DNA from: a virus | DNA length: 31,048 nucleotides | UHGV virus genome: UHGV-0096129 | Direction: 5' to 3' (one strand) | Shown: positions 26,750 to 31,048 of the stretch, in pieces | How positions within the stretch are numbered: the first letter of the stretch is position 1 | How the letters are laid out: every line of letters starts with the position of its first letter | Program-made: the position numbers and the translations under genes | The notes under the pieces: generated by a model | Seen by the model: only the letters and a program-made list of their open reading frames with translations | Database searches by the model: none | What the model was told of the DNA's origin: nothing

Positions 26750-26901
26750 CGTTTCCGAAAAATCTCTCGGTCGATGACCTGATGGCGGATGTGGCAGTGA
26801 TATTTCACTGGCCGCCATCAGAACTGTATCCCATGAGCCTGACCGAACTCATCACATGGCGCGAAAAGGCGCTCCGGCGAAGCGGAAACACGAATGAGTA
26901 A
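26474..26901 (+). CDS. E+E': Frameshift-extended tail chaperone gpE+E' (-1 programmed frameshift)
   Basis: Slipping -1 at T TTT TTG (26722-26728) opens a frame that runs to the TAA at 26899-26901. The total is 142 aa, the recalled P2 E+E' length. Its end overlaps the T start at 26894. Confidence 0.75.
26722..26728 (+). promoter_or_regulatory. Slippery heptamer TTTTTTG for the E/E' -1 frameshift
   Basis: In the E frame it reads GG-T TTT TTG. This is the same heptamer and relative position as the documented P2 E/E' frameshift site. Confidence 0.75.
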
Positions 26902-29341
26902 CAATGTAAAATTACAGGTATTGCTCAGGGCTGTTGACCAGGCATCCCGCCCGTTTAAATCCATCCGTACAGCGAGTAAGTCGCTGTCGGGGGATATCCG
27001 GGAAACACAAAAATCACTGCGCGAGCTGAACGGTCACGCATCCCGTATTGAGGGATTCCGCAAGACCAGTGCACAGCTTGCCGTGACTGGTCATGCACTT
27101 GAAAAGGCACGGCAGGAAGCCGAAGCCCTTGCCACACAGTTTAAAAACACCGAACGTCCGACCCGTGCTCAGGCGAAAGTGCTGGAATCCGCAAAGCGTG
27201 CGGCGGAGGACTTACAGGCGAAATATAACCGCCTGACGGATTCCGTTAAACGCCAGCAGCGGGAACTGGCCGCTGTGGGAATTAATACCCGCAATCTTGC
27301 ACATGATGAGCAGGGACTGAAAAACCGTATCAGTGAAACCACCGTACAGCTTAACCGTCAGCGTGACGCGCTGGCGCGTGTCAGTGCGCAACAGGCAAAA
27401 CTTAACGCAGTAAAACAGCGTTATCAGGCCGGAAAGGAACTGGCCGGAAATATGGCCTCAGTGGGCGCTGCCGGTGTGGGGATTGCTGCTGCGGGAACGA
27501 TGGCCGGAGTTAAGTTGCTGATGCCCGGTTATGAGTTTGCGCAGAAAAACTCAGAATTGCAGGCTGTGCTCGGTGTGGCAAAAGACTCCGCCGAAATGGC
27601 CGCATTACGCAAACAGGCGCGCCAGCTCGGCGACAATACCGCCGCCTCGGCAGATGATGCAGCCGGTGCGCAGATTATTATTGCGAAAGCCGGTGGGGAT
27701 GTTGATGCCATTCAGGCGGCAACGCCGGTCACGCTGAACATGGCGCTGGCGAACCGCCGCACGATGGAAGAAAACGCCGCCCTGCTGATGGGGATGAAAT
27801 CCGCCTTTCAGCTTTCAAACGATAAGGTCGCTCATATCGGGGATGTTCTCTCCATGACGATGAACAAAACCGCCGCCGATTTTGACGGCATGAGCGATGC
27901 GCTGACCTATGCCGCACCTGTGGCAAAAAATGCCGGTGTCAGCATTGAAGAAACCGCCGCAATGGTCGGGGCGCTGCATGATGCAAAAATTACAGGCTCA
28001 ATGGCGGGGACGGGAAGCCGTGCCGTGTTAAGTCGCCTGCAGGCACCAACGGGAAAAGCATGGGATGCACTGAAAGAGCTTGGCGTGAAAACCTCAGACA
28101 GTAAAGGGAATACTCGACCAGTATTTACCATTCTGAAAGAAATGCAGGCCAGTTTTGAGAAAAACCGGCTCGGTACTGCCCAGCAGGCTGAATACATGAA
28201 AACTATTTTCGGGGAGGAGGCCAGCTCAGCCGCCGCCGTGCTGATGACTGCCGCCTCAACTGGAAAGCTGGACAAACTGACCGCTGCGTTTAAAGCCTCA
28301 GACGGGAAGACCGCCGAGCTGGTAAATATCATGCAGGACAACCTCGGCGGTGACTTTAAAGAGTTTCAGTCCGCTTATGAGGCGGTGGGGACTGACCTGT
28401 TTGACCAGCAGGAAGGCTCGCTGCGTAAGCTCACGCAGACGGCCACAAAGTATGTGTTAAAACTCGATGGCTGGATACAGAAAAACAAATCACTGGCGTC
28501 AACCATTGGCCTCATTGCCGGTGGCGCGCTGGCGCTTACTGGCATCATCGGTGCAATTGGTCTTGTAGCCTGGCCGGTTATCACCGGCATCAATGCCATC
28601 ATCGCGGCAGCAGGCGCAATGGGGGCAATCTTCACGACGGTTGGCAGTGCTGTTATGACGGCCATCGGGGCGATTAGCTGGCCTGTTGTGGCCGTGGTGG
28701 CCGCCATTGTCGCCGGGGCGTTGCTTATCCGTAAATACTGGGAGCCTGTCAGCGCATTCTTTGGCGGTGTGGTGGAAGGGCTGAAAGCGGCATTTGCGCC
28801 GGTGGGGGAACTGTTCACGCCACTTAAGCCGGTGTTTGACTGGCTGGGCGAAAAGTTACAGGCCGCGTGGCAGTGGTTTAAAAACCTGATTGCCCCGGTT
28901 AAAGCCACCCAGGACACCCTGAACCGTTGCCGTGATACGGGCGTCATGTTCGGGCAGGCACTGGCTGACGCGCTGATGCTGCCGCTTAATGCGTTCAACA
29001 AACTGCGCAGTGGTATTGACTGGGTACTGGAAAAACTCGGTGTTATCAACAAAGAGTCAGACACACTTGACCAGACCGCCGCAAGGACTAATGCCGCCAC
29101 GTATGGCACCGGTGGTTATATTCCGGCGACCAGCTCTTATGCAGGCTATCAGACTTATCAGCCGGTTACGGCACCGGCTGGCCGCTCTTATGTGGACCAG
29201 AGTAAAAACGAATATCACATCAACCTGACGGGCGGTACTGCGCCGGGAACACAGCTTGACCGCCAGTTACAGGATGCGCTCGAAAAATACGAGCGGGATA
29301 AACGTGCGCGCGCCCGTGCCAGCATGATGCATGACGGTTAA
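26894..29341 (+). CDS. T: Tail tape measure protein gpT
   Basis: 815 aa, the recalled P2 T length. It has an N-terminal coiled coil and a long Gly/Ala/Ile-rich hydrophobic block (res ~545-625) typical of tape measure proteins. Confidence 0.95.
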   Translation: MSNNVKLQVLLRAVDQASRPFKSIRTASKSLSGDIRETQKSLRELNGHASRIEGFRKTSAQLAVTGHALEKARQEAEALATQFKNTERPTRAQAKVLESAKRAAEDLQAKYNRLTDSVKRQQRELAAVGINTRNLAHDEQGLKNRISETTVQLNRQRDALARVSAQQAKLNAVKQRYQAGKELAGNMASVGAAGVGIAAAGTMAGVKLLMPGYEFAQKNSELQAVLGVAKDSAEMAALRKQARQLGDNTAASADDAAGAQIIIAKAGGDVDAIQAATPVTLNMALANRRTMEENAALLMGMKSAFQLSNDKVAHIGDVLSMTMNKTAADFDGMSDALTYAAPVAKNAGVSIEETAAMVGALHDAKITGSMAGTGSRAVLSRLQAPTGKAWDALKELGVKTSDSKGNTRPVFTILKEMQASFEKNRLGTAQQAEYMKTIFGEEASSAAAVLMTAASTGKLDKLTAAFKASDGKTAELVNIMQDNLGGDFKEFQSAYEAVGTDLFDQQEGSLRKLTQTATKYVLKLDGWIQKNKSLASTIGLIAGGALALTGIIGAIGLVAWPVITGINAIIAAAGAMGAIFTTVGSAVMTAIGAISWPVVAVVAAIVAGALLIRKYWEPVSAFFGGVVEGLKAAFAPVGELFTPLKPVFDWLGEKLQAAWQWFKNLIAPVKATQDTLNRCRDTGVMFGQALADALMLPLNAFNKLRSGIDWVLEKLGVINKESDTLDQTAARTNAATYGTGGYIPATSSYAGYQTYQPVTAPAGRSYVDQSKNEYHINLTGGTAPGTQLDRQLQDALEKYERDKRARARASMMHDG

Positions 29342-29355
29342 GGAGGTGACGAAAA

Positions 29356-29835
29356 ATGATGCTCGCGTTAGGTATGTTTGTTTTTATGCGCCAGACACTG
29401 CCACACCAGACCATGCAGCGTGAATCGGATTATCGCTGGCCGTCAAATTCCCGTATCGGTAAACGGGATGCCTACCAGTTTCTCGGTGTGGGTGAGGAAA
29501 ACATCACGCTGGCCGGTGTGCTTTATCCCGAACTGACCGGCGGAAAGCTGACGATGACCACGCTCAGGCTGATGGCAGATGAAGGCCGGGCGTGGCCGTT
29601 GCTGGATGGCACCGGCATGATTTACGGCATGTATGTCATCAGCAAGGTGAGTGAAACAGGGAGTATTTTCTTTACAGACGGCACACCCCGGAAAATTGAT
29701 TTTACGCTGTCGCTCACCCGCGTTGATGAATCACTGGCCGCGCTTTATGGCGATATCGGTAAACAGGCGGAGTCGCTCATCGGTAAGGCCGGTAGTCTGG
29801 CGACCAGATTCACGGGGATGACGGGGGCGGAATAA
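29356..29835 (+). CDS. U: Tail protein gpU
   Basis: 159 aa, with AGGAGG 9 nt upstream, at the P2 U length and position. Confidence 0.9.
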   Translation: MMLALGMFVFMRQTLPHQTMQRESDYRWPSNSRIGKRDAYQFLGVGEENITLAGVLYPELTGGKLTMTTLRLMADEGRAWPLLDGTGMIYGMYVISKVSETGSIFFTDGTPRKIDFTLSLTRVDESLAALYGDIGKQAESLIGKAGSLATRFTGMTGAE

Positions 29836-30998
29836 TGCTGGATGCGCTGACATTTGATGCAGGCAGTACGCTGACGCCGGATTACATGCTGATGCTCGAC
29901 AGCAGGGATATTACCGGCAATATCAGCGACCGTCTGATGAGCATGACCCTGACGGATAACCGGGGCTTTGAGGCTGACCAGCTTGATATTGAACTGAACG
30001 ATGCCGACGGGCAGGTCGAGCTGCCGGTTCGTGGCGCTGTCCTGACGGTGTATATCGGCTGGAAAGGTTTTGCCCTGGTATGCAAAGGGAAATTTACCGT
30101 TGATGAGGTTGAACACCGGGGCGCACCGGATGTGGTCACCATCCGCGCCCGGAGTGCAGATTTTCGCGGGACGCTCAATTCCCGCCGGGAAGGCTCATGG
30201 CATGACACCACGCTCGGTGCGATTGTTGAAGCGATAGCCTCCCGTAACAGGCTGGAAGCCAGTGTCGCGCCGTCACTGGCCGGAATTAAAATCCCGCACA
30301 TCGACCAGTCGCAGGAGTCTGATGCGAAATTCCTGACCCGTCTTGCAGAACGCAACGGCGGTGAGGTGTCGGTAAAAATGGGAAAACTGCTGTTTCTCAA
30401 AGCGGGGCAGGGGGTGACTGCCAGCGGTAAAAAAATCCCGCAGATTACCATCACCCGCAGCGACGGTGACCGTCATCATTTTGCGATTGCTGACCGTGGA
30501 GCCTATACCGGCGTAACGGCAAAGTGGTTACACACCAAAGACCCGAAACCACAAAAGCAGAAGGTAAAACTGAAACGCAAAAAGAAAGAAAAACACCTGC
30601 GCGCACTGGAGCACCCGAAAGCGAAACCAGTCACGCAGAAGAAAGCGCCAAAAGTACCGGAAGCGCGCGAAGGTGAATACATGGCCGGTGAGGCTGACAA
30701 TGTTTTTGCACTGACCACGGTATATGCCACGAAAGCACAGGCCATGCGCGCCGCTCAGGCGAAGTGGGATAAACTGCAACGGGGTGTAGCGGAGTTCTCC
30801 ATCAGTCTGGCTACTGGTCGGGCAGATATTTACACGGAAACGCCGGTCAAAGTGTCAGGTTTTAAGCGCGTCATAGACGAGCAGGACTGGACAATCACTA
30901 AGGTGACACATTTTCTGAATAATAGCGGCTTCACGACGTCCTTGGAGCTTGAGGTCAGGCTTTCTGATGTGGAGTACGAAACAGAAGATGATGAGTGA
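29835..30998 (+). CDS. D: Tail/late control protein gpD
   Basis: 387 aa, P2 D length and position, coupled to U (ATAATG). It has an internal Lys-rich insert (KPQKQKVKLKRKKKEKH). Confidence 0.9.
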   Translation: MLDALTFDAGSTLTPDYMLMLDSRDITGNISDRLMSMTLTDNRGFEADQLDIELNDADGQVELPVRGAVLTVYIGWKGFALVCKGKFTVDEVEHRGAPDVVTIRARSADFRGTLNSRREGSWHDTTLGAIVEAIASRNRLEASVAPSLAGIKIPHIDQSQESDAKFLTRLAERNGGEVSVKMGKLLFLKAGQGVTASGKKIPQITITRSDGDRHHFAIADRGAYTGVTAKWLHTKDPKPQKQKVKLKRKKKEKHLRALEHPKAKPVTQKKAPKVPEAREGEYMAGEADNVFALTTVYATKAQAMRAAQAKWDKLQRGVAEFSISLATGRADIYTETPVKVSGFKRVIDEQDWTITKVTHFLNNSGFTTSLELEVRLSDVEYETEDDE

Positions 30999-31048
30999 TG
31001 TTTTTATTTTATCTGTTTGTTTTATAAGGATAAATTAACTAAAATGGC

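Larger units (their letters stand above)
1..31048. mobile_element. P2-like (Peduovirus-type) prophage, from replication gene B to tail gene D; both prophage ends lie outside the window
   Basis: Gene order B-orf80..83-A-[cargo]-cos-Q-P-O-N-M-L-X-Y-K-lysA-lysB-lysC-R-S-V-W-J-I-H-G-[cargo]-FI-FII-E-T-U-D is the P2 prophage map. Protein lengths match recalled P2 values. The P2 cos end is present at 8231-8249. Confidence 0.95.

Noticed and set aside
14183-30779. Antisense or alternative-frame ORFs across the lysis, tail and fibre genes (for example 14427-14873, 19175-19786, 19590-20219, 20068-20595, 27907-28341, 28375-29109, 29882-30454)
   Set aside because: Same reasoning: they are embedded in well-supported backbone genes, have no translation signals, and show compositional artefact sequences.
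30999-31048. Start of ogr (late activator) after gene D, with an ATG at 31044
   Set aside because: Only 5 nt of any ORF are visible, and the first codons (ATG GC-) do not match the MFHCP start I recall for Ogr/B proteins. It cannot be assessed in this window.
1-31048. CRISPR arrays, tRNA/rRNA genes, IS elements, integrase or att sites
   Set aside because: I saw no spaced direct-repeat array, cloverleaf-compatible segment, transposase-like ORF or terminal inverted repeats. The integrase and att regions of a P2-type prophage would lie outside this window.

Overview
The window is almost all of a P2-like (Peduovirus-type) prophage of an enterobacterial host, in prophage order. It runs from the early replication genes (B, four small ORFs, A), through an accessory island and cos, then the head genes (Q and P on the minus strand; O, N, M, L). 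These are followed by X, the lysis cassette (Y, K, lysA, lysB, lysC), tail completion and baseplate genes (R, S, V, W, J, I), and the fibre genes (H, G). A second accessory slot comes next, then the tail sheath/tube/tape-measure operon (FI, FII, E, E+E', T, U, D). int/C/cox lie upstream of the window and ogr/att downstream. Start-refined ORF lengths match the P2 protein lengths I recall almost gene for gene, the 19-nt cos end is present, and no backbone gene is visibly disrupted. Two AT-rich cargo insertions stand out. Both sit at the positions where P2 carries its lysogenic-conversion/anti-phage genes (tin/old and Z/fun). Island 1 (about 4561-8230) encodes a 2-TM protein with a predicted periplasmic domain, a 198-aa orphan, and a convergent 451-aa protein with a clear FRG domain after an unknown N-terminal domain. 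Island 2 (23365-24695) encodes one 259-aa membrane-anchored helical protein. I recognise none of these as a characterised defence system, so they are the best candidates for a novel anti-phage or exclusion function. All homology statements come from reading the translations and from memory; no searches were run.
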